From contig JAKMXF010000222.1 in assembly GCA_024704765.1 (NCBI GenBank), forward strand, positions 1,054,001 through 1,118,000: a stretch of 64,000 nucleotides of DNA, in the 5' to 3' direction. The notes under the pieces were generated by a model. That model was not told where the DNA came from and ran no database searches. It saw nothing but the letters and a program-made list of their open reading frames with translations. This document shows positions 1 through 12,652 of the stretch, piece after piece. Position numbers and translations under genes: made by a program. The first letter of the stretch is position 1. Each line of letters starts with the position of its first letter. This stretch comes from Oopsacas minuta. Its lineage: Eukaryota > Animalia > Porifera.

Positions 1-96
1 CTGGTTAAGTAGTATTTTACACATTTCATATTTCACATTAAATTTCAATTCTCACATTTATTTAGAAATTAATCAATTAATGAATAAGACAATTGG

Positions 97-333
97 AATT
101 CGATTTAATGTAAACAATGAAATTCGACCTAATGCATACATATAAAATTCGACCTAATGCCAACACACGAAATTCGACCTAATTCCAACACACGAAATTC
201 GACCTAATGCATACATATAAATTTCGACCTAATGCATACATATTAAATTCGATACATTTTCAATTCGACCTAATGCCAACACACGGAATTCGACCTAATG
301 CCAACACCGAAATTCGACCTAATGCAGCGCCCC
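97..333. mobile_element. Terminal tandem-repeat array and end of a MULE/foldback-type element that extends off the window start
   Basis: About 10 copies of AATTCGACCTAATGC plus ATACATATA or CAACACACG, ~25-bp period (starts at 121,146,171,196,221,246,262,287,311), ending in GCAGCGCCCC at 333. Same layout as the end of the TSD-confirmed MULE at 47142 (GTCGATCAATTGCCGCGCCCC, also 25-bp subrepeats). Confidence 0.7.
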
Positions 334-779
334 CTCAGAAACACTTCGTAGATATACTATATGCCACGCTTCGCGTGCTAGGTCGCTGTGCGACAGCTTA
401 GGGCCTAAAGGTTGGCTTATGTATTAGACAGCTATATTTTCTGATGCTTTTGATCGCCACGGAACGGGATATACTCGGATTATGTTCTCGCGGCAAATTT
501 TTGTGGGAATTTTATTTTGTATTATCCATGGTCCATCCAAATTCCATTTAATGGCCTTCTTGGGGTAAACCTGGAGATTCTATGTCACTTTGGTTAATAA
601 TCTGGGCCCTTTGTACCTCAGGTATTTAGAAATTCTGAAATCTTAGATTATTTGTAGAGTCATGATGACGTAATAGTCAATGATGAGTTAGCTTTTGGTC
701 AGGATCAAGAGATCAGGACATTTGTCACATTGAGGGGTACATGTGATTCAAATTTCAAACTTCTATCATGTATATTAGC

Positions 780-900
780 TAAGCAGTGGTTGATAATCTG
801 ATTTTTGAAATCCATAAAGGTGACGGCGACCTCATAATTTGGTGAATTTTCGTCCAAGACTCGAATATCTCCCAGCCAGGCCCAAAATACTCCTGTTTAC
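780..900 (-). repeat. Copy of a dispersed repeat family (other copies 34742..34910 and 36222..36395)
   Basis: Reverse complement shares GGCCTGGCT..GAGTCTTGGAC.AAAATTCAC..ATTAT..CGTCA..TTTA.GGATTT.AAAAATCA...ATCA.CACTGCT with the two plus-strand copies. Confidence 0.65.
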
Positions 901-1329
901 CATCAATCAGCCTGAGGGTCCTCATGTTTCTTCAATCAATTCTGGACATACAAACATATATATGGTACAAATAACTTATATATAGCTCAACTATGCTATA
1001 GTACAGTTTTTGTGTTCTAGCTTTTCTATGTTTGAGGATAGGTCATTTTTTAGGCTTAATGAAAGTCACCTTTGGAATGGGGTATAGAGTTTCGGTATTA
1101 CAAAAAACTGTATTTTACTATAGCTTAGCTATATATACGGAATCTGTATATGCTATCGTCCTACTTGAGTACTTGGCGCCGCCAAATTGAGTGAGGTTAT
1201 TCTTATACAAATTTGCGGCCAAATATTATAGTTTACTAAAAAGAATATTTTATAATATCAAAGATATGTTTTATGGTCTGCTAAAAAACATGAATTTTTC
1301 ATTTCTGAAATTGTATGTTGTATCCAGAT

Positions 1330-2330
1330 CTGCTGTTCTCAAACATTTTTCCAGGCCGTGCTAACAATTGTCAATTGACTTCACGACCCTAATTTTCACA
1401 GCACATGTATTTAACAATTAGAGTCAAATAACTTATGCTATGTTTAATATACTTTATTAGTGAGATGGGAGTAGTTGTTTTTCTTTAACTAAAGCCTTAA
1501 TTTTCGACCCCGTGTTTGTGGGTACACAACTAATATCATCTACCTTTAAATTATCCCCACTGTTAGTCTTAATTTGTAACAAAGTTGAAAAACATGATTC
1601 ACAAAGGTAAGTAGTAGGAAAAAGGCAACAGATTTCACAATACTCTTGGTTAGCGTAGGATAGGATCCTCCATTGAGCACCAAAAGAAGTCAATAACCTC
1701 CCTTTCAATTGTTCTCTGGGGTTTACATCATGAATGAGATCTATCAATTCACCCTGTGCCGGATCCTTTTTGTCTGGGATTGCTTGGAGAGATGTAGAAA
1801 ACCACCGTAATTGTGTGTGTTGAAAAGTAGAGTCTGATAGCTACATTCATATCTTTTCAAAGTTTATAGAAAAGCGAGTGTTAATCCCACTCGATTCTTT
1901 CTCTCAATTCCATTCGCTTGACAAAAGTTATCAATCAATACGAATACATCTTATGCTTTTGTAGTTTCAAGTTTGCGACATAGCAAAAACTCTTCCTTGA
2001 TTTTTTTCTCATATACATAACGAACCTAGACCAATAATTGTGAGCATGAAGAACCATCAGTCAGCTCATCGAGTAGAATGAGGACAATATTCAGGTGCTT
2101 GATTTTACTTGTGTAAACAACTTGCATCAAAATATTGTTTGACATCTCAGAGATAAGTCTATGAACTGTGTCGTTAGATAAGGTAATTGATGATAACTTC
2201 TTAGCATGCTCATCGCTCAAACAAGTCGGACCATATTCTCTGAACAAGGGAAGATGAGTTCTTCTCTAATCATCTGAGGTTCCTTGCTCTTGCAATTCGT
2301 AACAAAAAACAGTATATGAAGCTTCAATAC
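1330..2330 (-). pseudogene. hAT (Buster/ZBED5-like) transposase relic
   Basis: Minus-strand fragments KKLSSITLSNDTVHRLISEMS...LDELTD and FPTTYLCESCFSTLLQIKT...LVKEKQLLPSH (hAT dimerisation tail); Buster-like terminus CTGCTGTTCTCAAAC at 1330. Confidence 0.8.
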
Positions 2331-5300
2331 AAACTAATTATTGCTGGTGATATGCACATATTATGTCCAGTCTTGACAGTTTTAAAACATCTTCTTTTTT
2401 AAAAATGAAGGATCCTTTTCTAAATACTCAGGATGACGAGTATCCAAATGTCGTTTAAATTGACTCGGTTTCATTTATTCTCCTGATAGCATCTCACAAC
2501 ATTAACACAATAGGGCTTTAAGATGTCTGAATATCGAACCACAGTAAACCCTTAATCATTATAGCTGTACATAGTTTTTTGCTATTTTTTGGGTTCTGTG
2601 GCCATAACTTTTGACTATACATACGTAAATCGAAGTTAGATAACGGGGTGACCATCTCCTCATTTGTATATAGGACATTTAATGATTTCAAATTTTCATT
2701 AATAGTTTACACGATGACTATAGCTATCACTATTTTACCTCATTAATTGAGACACTATTTAAGGAAATCTATGATACGAACCTATACAACACTTACTAAC
2801 AAATAGATGCCAAATTTCTATTGGGATGTTCTAGGAATACAAAATGATAATACCAACAAATTGGATACTAGATAACGCAGAAATAATTGACCAAACTGGT
2901 TCGAAATTTCATTAATTACACATTTGAAACCATTATTAGGGAAATGCTCACTAAATCGGTTTATGACCAATATCAACCACTCAATGAGATATGGTATTAG
3001 CCTCATACTATTCTTCGCTTTTGTCCTATTTATAATACGAAAGCAAAATTTAATGACATTATAGTCTCGAATTAGCACCTTTGAAATGGCATTGGCCAAC
3101 TAATGTAAACGTTAACTTGTTTTCCAAGGTCATAACCCGTAGGTAACCAGGACCTTGAAAGATATTGTAAATTCAAATGAATACTAAATACAGCCTAAAT
3201 GGTGTAGGAAAGTATATATTTAATCGAATTGTGTAATTTTATAAAATTGTTCTATTTTCAGAAAGTATGAATCCTATAAATGTCATTTATGTGACCAAAT
3301 ATAGCTCCGAATTAAATAATTACTATTCAAGGATGATTACATAATATATGAGTATGTTTCTAAATATCAAGTTTGGCTTCCTAAAGTTGAATAAATCACG
3401 AAATTTTCAACCGTCGACTCCATATATTTTAATGAAAATATTTATCAAACGCAATAGGAAACATTTTTGATAGTCATAATTGCCTGAGAATAACTGCGAA
3501 TATTAGTACATAAACTAGAGCGTAACTAGCATTGAGGCAGTAACCTTTTACTTGCATCCTTAAACTAATAAAATTGTTTAGGATTTACCGCTGGCTTCCT
3601 AGATCCTCGAGACCCAGGGAAACTGTACTACCTGCTCCCCTCTCTTTGGCGGCCATGATTATATATATACGCATTGAAGTTAAGAATGATTAGAAAATAT
3701 GTTTACTCTACTTTATGCATTGATGGCATTATCTTAATATATTTGTGCGTATTCCTCGAAAATGAGGAAAGATTTCGTCCAAAATACGAACAGGATTCAG
3801 AAAGAAAGTGGATTGGGAGAGAGGTGGCCCTAAAGTTTCGCCTGGAGGAATCCTTAGACGGATAATGTTAGAAGGTCTAGTGGTTGAAATAAATCAGAAA
3901 GGATCCTTCCTATCGTAAAGATGCGGATATTAGAAATCGACATGTTGAATGAAATATGAAGATACTTCTTTCACCAGAATTGATACTATTCGACGTTGGA
4001 ATGAGCTGGCGGGAATGAGGAAAGATCCATTATTCTTCTAAGATGAGTGTTGCCAGAAGCTAGAAGAATTGCTCTAGTGTTAACCCAAAAAATAAAATCA
4101 TCTGTCCTCCAAAGGATCATATGATTACTTAAGGGTCCAGGATGTTGAATTAGATCTTCTTTTTCGACTCAGATAAAAGAGATCTTATTTATCTTTACCT
4201 TGAGTCAACGTTTCAAAGCAATCAGATTTTCCGAGGCACGTGAGTTCGCATTTTCATCTGTCCATGGTCTAGAAGGACGATCCAAATTGTCAAAATGGTT
4301 ACTTGGAATTTGGGACAGCTTTGTACTGGCGCCAGTCTTGGACTGTAGCCTCACAATATGAAGAGATATCAATGTCTTCTTAACGGTAATATTCAGCCTA
4401 CTCAAAAGATTATTAAGCACGCAATTGTATAGATTGCTATGGTAATTTATATTTAAGAATACACATCTATCTTTACAAATAATTTCCAAATCGAAACAGA
4501 ATGTTCCTATTTTTTGGCTACTTAACGAGTTTGAAAGAATTCTGTAAAGAGTGAATTATACATTAACGAGGCAATTTTCATTAAAAATATCAAAATATGT
4601 TTGATAATGTTTGCAAGTTGTAGAGTAATAGTTGCAAAGATGGATTGAACAGGTTTCTGATTTGATCATTGATTTCAACAATTTTTAGTTTTTGTAAAAT
4701 TGACTCAAAAACATGTAGTATATGCCAAATTTCCCATACCCTAGTAGTACATTTCGATACGATATCTGCAAATAAGTTTTGAAGTCGTGAATGATAATGC
4801 CCATATATGGTAGTGGACATTATCAGGATAGTGTCATATTCGCTGAGGAAGATTTATAAAATTTATTATCATACTTCATGTTTCCTGAACGATTTGACCG
4901 TACATTAATGATTGTCAAGTTATTCACGATTATCAGTAAAAATGTGGCATACTTAGCTGGGACTGTTACTCTGCAACGTGCAAAACATTATAAAAGAAAA
5001 CTTTGATATTTTTGTACGAAAACAGCCGTATATCCATTAAGGATACGTATTATCAGCAATCATAAATGTATTAATAGACTCTTTGAAGAATTGTATATCA
5101 ATAAATAGTTAATTAACCGAATACTGCCCAGGAAATCTGATTTTGGTCAGAAAGGTGCTAGAATCTTGATTTGGATGTGGGAATTGGTTAAAACTAAGTT
5201 GAAAATATAGTTCCTTTCAATTATGAACGTAACAACTGTGAGGTTAGCAGGATATTCGACCAGAGTATGTTCAATCACTAATTTGTCCTACTTATATTCA

Positions 5301-5474
5301 TCATAATTACCCGAAATTCATATCATTCGGTAGAGGAGTGTTGGACGTTAGTTATATATGTTTCTATAAGTTCTTTTAATTTACCTATCATTTTGTCATG
5401 ACGGGTAAGGTCGCTTCTTTATTAGAAAGGCACCCAAAAGCGATAATCCGAATTTGAAATTATTTGTCTATATC

Positions 5475-5705
5475 TGTGCACGTGGACGTTTATGTAAATT
5501 AAATGTCATCTTAAAATTCTATAAACTCGAGAAGATACAAGTATACAAAGTTGAAGTGAGAGTTATAGTGGAAGGGGTGAGTATCATTTTACAAAAGTAG
5601 GGTCAGTTCAAATTGATATTTGATATTCAAAATCAACTCAAACTGTTATATTTTGACAACAATCGATAGCTAAGACATGAACATTTTCCATAATATCAAT
5701 TTTAT
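5475..5705 (+). repeat. Left arm of long inverted repeat (pairs with 14500..14730)
   Basis: TGTGCACGTGGAC...AAATTCTATAAACTCGAGAAGATACAAGTATACAAAGTTGAAGTGAGAGTTATAGTGG...GTATCATTTTACAAAAGTAGGGTCAGTTCAAATTGATATTTGAT matches the reverse complement of 14500..14730. Confidence 0.85.
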
Positions 5706-6182
5706 CCAGAAATACTGATAATTATCACCCTCATTGACGTTCTAAAACTCTATAATTTCAAATCTTTTTGTCCATTACGAGCTATAATTTGAAACTCAAG
5801 TTATTTGTTAACAGAATCGCATAAAATTTATAGATACTTTCGTTTGTATCTATAATTCAATTCCTTAAACAATTCAGTGGGTTGCATATACTTTCTTTGA
5901 GACTTTTTTATTCAAAAAATATTTTGTTTAATTAATTTTCAATTGGCATTCTTAGTTAATTATTGTATTGTAAATTTGTAATATAACTAAGTTGAAAGAT
6001 TATAATAAATTTACGTGTAGGAAGTCAAATTATCATACTTATTATAGTCAGGGGTGTCAGGTCGGCCAAAATAGTGGCGGCGTTGCACTAACTAGTCATT
6101 TTACGTTTAACTACAAAATTATAATGAATAGAAAATGAATTTTATATCGAATAAATTACTTTATCAACAAATATGACTTGCA

Positions 6183-7515
6183 CAAAGGGATTTCAATTAG
6201 TTCGTAACCCTAGTTATTGCTATTATTGTTTAACCACAGTATTTATTATTTGCATCTAATTTATAGCTTAGATTTTAGTCTATTTAGGACACTATACTTT
6301 GTGGAGATTGATCTAATATTTTTTGAGATACACCCTTTTTGAAGTAGGTTATAGCAACCACAGAGGAATTTATGGCTTCAAAATCTAATGAATTTCTATT
6401 TGAACAAAGAGCATACATCAAAATCCGCTCATTACTCGGCGATACGCCAAGGAATATCTACCAAGATTTAGTTCTGGTATATGGTGGGGAGGCATGTTCG
6501 GAATCAACCGTTAAGAAGTGGAGTCTACGTTTTCGTGAAGATAGGGTGTCGGCTAAAGATGAGCCTCGGATAGGGCAACCTATAATTGCTACCACTGCAA
6601 ACAATATTGCTCTTGTAGCTGAAATGTGTGACTCTGATCCCCATATTACCATAGAGCGGTTAGCTATCAGCCTAACCTTGTCAGCGGGAAGTGTTGATGC
6701 AATTCTGACCAAGCATCTTAGTATGTCCAAGGTTTGCTCACGTTGGGTCCCACACTTGTTGAATCAGACTAAAAAGAAGACCCAGTGAGAATTGCAAAAT
6801 AACTGCGTGAAAAGTATGACCAGTTTGATGAGAGGCGACTATTTGAAGTATTTACCGGTGATGAGACGTGGATAAGATATTCAGAGCCAACTCGCAAAGA
6901 ACAGAACAAGGTATGGATTGTTAAAGGGAGTTCTCCCCAGCACTACCAAGACCGGATCATTGGGCCACCAAAGTAATGTACACCATATTTTTCGATGCAC
7001 ATGGTCCAGTCTGTCAAATCTGTACTCCTAAGGGGCAAACAGTTACCGGGCACTTTTATGCAACAGTTGTTCTTCCGGAAATCGAAAAACCTTATATTGA
7101 ACGTCTGCTAGCGACGGGCCTTAGAGGAATCAAAATTTTGCCTGATAATACCAGACCGCCCAAACCTAAGGAAGTCAAGGAAAAGATTGCTTCTATAGGT
7201 CTTGAGGAATTGGAACATCCACCCTATCGCCCTGACCTAGCACCGTGCCACTTTTGGCTGTTCGATGGGCTCATAAAGCACCTAGCAGGTACAGTTTTTG
7301 GAGAACGGATGTAAATTGGAAGGGCCATCCAACGGTACCTCAGAGACATACCACAATAAGAGTATAAGAAAACATTTTTCTAGTGGATAGAGCGTTTAAA
7401 GCTTGTAGATGAGCACAAGGGAGACTACTTTGTACATTTATAGTCGAATTTGAGGCTTATCTCACTTGTATAATACAAATATTCTAAGAGTTACGAATTA
7501 GCTGAATACCCTTTG
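6183..7515 (+). mobile_element. mariner element (DD34D class), transposase pseudogene 6372..7443
   Basis: Imperfect TIRs CAAAGGG..TTCA..TA.TTCGTAAC; right flank TA (left CA). Motifs EQRAYIK, WVPHLL, TGDETW, PDNTRP, YRPDLAPCHFWLF (third D replaced by H); frameshifts. Confidence 0.9.
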
Positions 7516-7699
7516 TATAATGGAGAAATTAAGAATTGATAAATTATAGAATCTATAGTTGTGTCATTCCTAATTTCTCAATTACGGAATCAATAGTTAT
7601 GTTATTTCGTAATTGAACTATCAGAGGGTCTAGACTCTAGAGTGTGAATGATATATACTGAATGTGTTTCAAATATAATTACAAACAGTCAAGTACTCT

Positions 7700-7909
7700 A
7701 TTAGGCCCAACTTGGTATCTTTCCTTAAGCTTTACCTTTTTCTTCCTTGCACCTCATGTACCGCGGAACGAGGATTTAGCTGCTTAAGACGGATAAAAAT
7801 GTATCTTCGCAGCACTATGAAGGAAGATAGATTAAATGCATGTTCTTTATGCTACATGCATACAGAAACTTCTGACCAACTTTATCTTGACACATTCACT
7901 GACGAATAA
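7700..7909 (+). pseudogene. hAT C-terminal dimerisation-domain fragment (ZMYM1/THAP12-like clade)
   Basis: LPCTSCTAERGFSCLRRIKMYLRSTMKEDRLNACSLCYMH matches the hATC consensus (ERSFS.LRRIK..LRSTM...RLN). Confidence 0.8.
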
Positions 7910-8659
7910 ATTAAAAGGATAAATCTATTTGTCAGTACTTCTAACCGATAAAAAATAAAAACTTTTTTATCAGTTAGAAGTGTTAAGTATTACAATCATG
8001 TACCGCATATTTATTTGCAATACTTTGAGTAAACTAAAATATTGAAATATAAAATTATCTTTCAAGTGAGCATAATATTTTAAAGAAACTGGGGGGGAGG
8101 CAGCCCGCCCGCCCCCTCCAGTCTTTCAACAATTCCAAAATTTAGGCAAAGATGTGTTGGGAATATATATACTTATTGAATTAATTACATTATGTATTAT
8201 AAATACAAATGTAGGTATTTAGAATTGGAATATTACCAAGAATGATATGTCGCTCAACCAGGAGAATAATATATCACTTCCTTATTAATCAATAACATAT
8301 ACAGAAAATCTCATCCTCCAATCCTGAGATCCTGTAACTAGTTCCCCTATGCCAAATTATGTTCTGTGCTTTGTATAAGATACCTTATTTATACATATAT
8401 GTAGATATTTACAGGAAACTGAACTATAAAATTATTGGATACAAATTCGCCAATGTGTGTAAATCGATAAGTTCAGCTCTCTCCATTCAATCTTGCCATA
8501 AGAAATGATGTACGTCATTTGAAAAATTACATGAACCAATATTTTCATACATCTAATATGTATTTATCATTAATGAAAACAGCCCCAGTGAGAAAATATA
8601 GTATCCATGATCCGAATATGAATACATATTGAATTAAGGCATTTTCTCACTGGGGTGTA

Positions 8660-9135
8660 ATTTTACACAAAATAGCTTTTCTACCTCTAAAATGGGTTCA
8701 TAATGAACCCATTATGATTTAAATGTATTGAGTCTTCAAGATTTGCTGGAGGCGATTCTAGAGCATCAATCACATTAACCCCTTTACCCTAAAACACCAT
8801 CCATTTGTTTCCCTTAGTTGCAGCAAAAATCCAAACATCTGTTTGAAATAACAAAACTATCGCAATTATTTCCACATCAGTTCCCCAAGTTGTGTTCTTA
8901 CGCATATTCATTTTAATAACATACTCATTAACATTTCTGTAATTACTGTAATTAATTACTGATCGTTGAAATTTGTTTTCGATAATGTATTTCAAGGTTC
9001 TTTCCACTTTCCAACAATTCTTGTCAGGAATTAGTGATCGAATTTGATGGAAATTATCGGTATTTCCTGTCATCCAAAAGCCAGTGAAGAGATAAACAAT
9101 TGCCATTTCCAGGAACATGTAACATTTTAGAAAGA
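8660..9135 (-). pseudogene. OTU-family deubiquitinase domain relic at the C-terminus of the MULE ORF
   Basis: Cys loop VPGNGNCL (9091..9116, frameshifted relative to the ORF track), FWMTGNTDNFHQIRSLI, MRKNTTWGTDVEIIAI..LFQTDVWIF, and His loop IHLNHNG-HYEPILEV (~8670..8720, after a stop and a frameshift). Confidence 0.85.
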
Positions 9136-9499
9136 TAGTATTCGCTTTAATTGGAATATAGTAGTATTTCATTCCTGGAAATAACTAGTGAATTACACAA
9201 TTTTAAGTTTAACCTTTCACAAGTTTTATAGAGCTAAATTTGGTCTTTTGCCTTTAGAACCTCTCCTCTTTGCAAACTTCCTCATTTTCAACAACATTTT
9301 TCTTATTTTTGTCTAAATAATTTTCTTGCTAATGTTGGAAAAGCAAATTTGAATGCAACAATCCTGTCATCTACATTAACATATATCGATCTAATGAAGT
9401 CTGCTGCTTTTAACCTAGTTTTGTAATATTTAATACCTTGATTTACTATTTTAAACCAATTTTCTATACCAAGCGTTACTGTCTGTTACAGTAGTGTCT

Positions 9500-11329
9500 T
9501 TTTCACCACATATTCGAAACAAATAATTCCACTCCACAATAATAGCAATGGCATGGAATAAGTTAACAAAAATTCAATTATGCTAGGGAAATAGTAATTC
9601 TTCGCATCTTTCACTTTAGAGATGTTCTCAATAGCCTTAATTTGAGATTTACACTTTGAAAACATTTGCTCTTAATGGTTACCAAAGGTTACTTTTCTTT
9701 ATATGTAAGTGCATTTTCATATACTGTTATATCATCTTCAAACTCTTCTGGGATGTCATTACCAAAAATAGATCCTCCCCTAACACACTCTTCTAAATAT
9801 ATTAATTAGTTTAATGTTTTTCCAAGTATACAATGAAAGATAATAATTCAAATAGATCATCAACTAAGTGAATATTTTTGCTCGCTAACCCATGACCAAA
9901 AACCTGAAAACATCACCTGTTTTAGTGTCTTAAGTTAAAAATTTATCTAAATTTTAACTAATCCTATGCATTACATGTGCTGAGCAAACATGCAAAATTA
10001 TGGGAACAAAATAAATCTTCACTACTTATTGCAAATTTCCAACAATTTTTGGGGTAATATAAAATCAGAAACTTATTTAATGCCAAACAAGTACAATATA
10101 TCATCGCACAACTAAGTCCATTTCAACATTTGGATTGAATCTCTTTATTTAAAGCTAAATTAACATTTAACACCATTTATTTGAAAATGTGATATTTCTG
10201 CAGTCCCGTTATCACTAAATATCATCTCTACCACAGGAACTAGACTAGTAGAATATTCTAGATGTTGCATTATCAGAGAATAATTAAATATTATACTTGC
10301 ACAGGAATATGATTACTAATCAAAGAATCTATTGCATCTAAATTTAGAATGATAAGATGATTCAGAATTAATTTCAGTAGGTAGATTTGTTTCGAAGTAT
10401 ACATATGAACTATGAAAGGATCCTGTATGAAATATCGAACATAACCTGGAATACGAGATTCCGGTAACAAATACCTAAAATATTGTTGAGTGGCTGCTAC
10501 AGTTTCCATGTAGATATTAGAAAATGTATTTTTGGATTTAATTTCTGATTTTACCTTCCTCTAAAGTCTTGAGATTTAAATAAGTTAAATTTACATATGA
10601 AAAACCTTCAACTTTGTCACAATTGTTAAATTGTTTATGAAATATTTTACACTGATTTATGGTTTAATAAACATACCATTTCACTGCGTTTACTACCATA
10701 TAAATTGTGAATAGGAGCACTTGTGTACGATATGTATGCAGGGATTATAGGCTGCCTTCTGACTAAAACTTAACTCCCAATATTTTATAAATATATTTCA
10801 TCCTCTATATAAAATAGACAAGCTATACAACTATCAAACTACACTCGACTCTAGCTCGAAGGAAAGGATAATTTACCTTACGACTATCAGTAAGTTTTAA
10901 ATGATAATAATTGAACTTTAAAACACAAATTTTGTTTATCTCATATTATTTATCAGCAAAAAGATTTGTCCAATTGGTCATTAAAGATACGATACTGTGA
11001 TAATCTGTGGTACAAATATTATCCCACTTAGCCGATAAGAGATGAAACTCTCCAGATTCGTAACTTATATTAGTTACAATAGTAACCTCAAAACCTATTT
11101 CTAACGACAGGTTGGTGATTTCCTTGGTTTTAACATTGCAAATATTTTTGCCGGTCAACAATAACAATGTCTCTTGACAGGTTTATTACAAGTATAGACC
11201 TTATAGTTAATTGTTACCCAACATGAAGTAGGTATGTTGGCGCTGAGAGATAGCTCGCGGACCAAACCATCAAAGACTGAAATGTGGAGACCACTAAGTT
11301 TACCATGATTCTGATATCCCTTGGCAATC
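9500..11329 (-). pseudogene. NOF-FB-like Mutator transposase relic
   Basis: GYVRYFIQDPFIVHMYTSKQI..LNLDA (first catalytic D at 10336..10338), YSL..VPVVEMIFSD...ISHF, PNVEMD.SCAMI (second D region ~10110), ILHVCSAHVMHRI (CxxH, 9975..9998); many stops and frameshifts. Confidence 0.75.
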
Positions 11330-11487
11330 CTAAACAAAATATATAAGTACAGTCGAAACTTATTATTTTAAACAATCTTAAATGGAAATTCATCACAAAC
11401 GCAAACAATATAGTAAGAGAACTCGGCGTTTGAACAAAGGTTTTACTATACAATAGGTGTTTTACATATCTTGGTTAAATTATTTAC

Positions 11488-11707
11488 CTTGTTCGTGGAA
11501 TGTATCTGGAATTGGATTGATAGGCCCTGGATTAATCTCGATGCCACCAATGATGAGGAGAATAAAGACAATATACAAGCAGGAATAGCAGAAACACAAT
11601 AAGGATGTAGCCGTAGAAGCGAAGAGCAAATCAGAAGAAGAACCGGACTTATATGATTTACTGAGAGAGTACAAGCCAATCCGAGCACGCAATAAATCAA
11701 TAGGAAT
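11488..11707 (-). pseudogene. Putative first exon: (M)PIDLLRARIGLY leader, hydrophobic segment and 2A/StopGo-like motif GGIEINPG|P
   Basis: ORF 11480..11749 reads IPIDLLRARIGLYS...LLCFCYSCLYIVFILLIIGGIEINPGPINP; motif at 11522..11548; possible donor CAAG|GTAAAT at 11488/11487 and acceptor TTTGTTTAG at 11330. Inferred start ATT (11707) may be a mutated ATG. Confidence 0.6.
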
Positions 11708-11850
11708 GAAGAATATGTGCAAGTAGAAATATACGTTGGATAAAAACAATAATGCCTCTTGTCAAGAAAAGCAATAAACAAAGCCAAAAACCAAATCATA
11801 AACACGAATCAGAAATGCTGAAGTATGATTCAATATGACATGAGGTAGAT

Positions 11851-12642
11851 CATAGACTAATATATAATGCAGATAGGAAAGTACCCAAACAACGAATAAA
11901 AAGAGAAGCCATTTAGATAAATCTCATAAAGGTTTCATCGACCCGTCAAAATTATTGAATTGAACTTTTTAGGGTTAGAAAATGTAAGGAACCAGTTAAG
12001 ACTACCTAAAGGTTCAAACGGCTATCCCTCATCTCGTTTAGGCGCCATTGTTGCGATGAGAGTAGGCATTTATGGAAATTGACTTTCTTCTCAAATATTT
12101 GTAAAATATGTATTACATTAAACTTTATGCTAATATTGTTTGAATTCGTATATGTACTTCAGACTCAAGTTAAATTCATATTTTAAAGATAGCTTTTAAG
12201 AAGAAAAATTTCTGAATTATACCATGGACATGAAAATAATTTATTTATCAAAAAAATAGATTTATGAATTTTCAAAAATTGATAAGAAAATATGATCCGA
12301 ATTCTATTCTAAAGAAAACGTGCTCATTATTTATACCATAAGAAAAAATAGAGGAAATTAATTAATTGGAATACAAGAATTTCAAAAAGTAAAAGATTCT
12401 ATTTTTGATGAGCAATCGTGTGAATTTTGATGTAGTGATTTGAATGCGCCTAAACGAGATGAAGAATGGCCGTTTGAACGTTTTATTTAACCTTAACTGA
12501 TTCCTTACATTATTTAACCCTGAAAAAGTTCAATTAACATTTTCGAAGGGTTGATATAACTTTTATACGATTTGTGTAAATGGCATCTCTTTTTTGTTCG
12601 TTGCTCGGCTACTTTACTATCTGTATTATATAGTAGTCTATG
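11851..12642. mobile_element. MITE with ~200-bp TIRs (CATAGAC termini) and 7-bp TSD GGTAGAT; P- or hAT-like
   Basis: 11851..~12050 is the reverse complement of ~12443..12642 (CATAGACTA.TATATAAT.CAGATAG..AAGTA...CGTTTAGGCGC); GGTAGAT at 11844..11850 and 12643..12649. Confidence 0.85.
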
Positions 12643-12652
12643 GGTAGATATA

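Noticed and set aside
97-333. Possible CRISPR-like array
   Set aside because: Units are contiguous ~25-bp tandem repeats with only two alternating short variable parts, no unique spacers, no cas genes, and the context is eukaryotic.
207-401. 64-aa ORF with repeated IRPNA/FRPNA words
   Set aside because: It is a translation of the 25-bp terminal repeat array, not a gene.
2760-5200. Short minus-strand ORFs and coding-like stretches (2818..3099, 4205..4489, 4590..4820)
   Set aside because: No recognisable motif in any frame; may be decayed genes but cannot be named.
11214-11500. Herpes-tegument (peptidase C76)-like deubiquitinase after the 2A motif, as in some Helitrons (TFHEQG resembles SFHQG)
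   Set aside because: No QC catalytic motif or Helitron Rep/helicase motifs; the alternative frame fits a NOF-type MULE N-terminus better.
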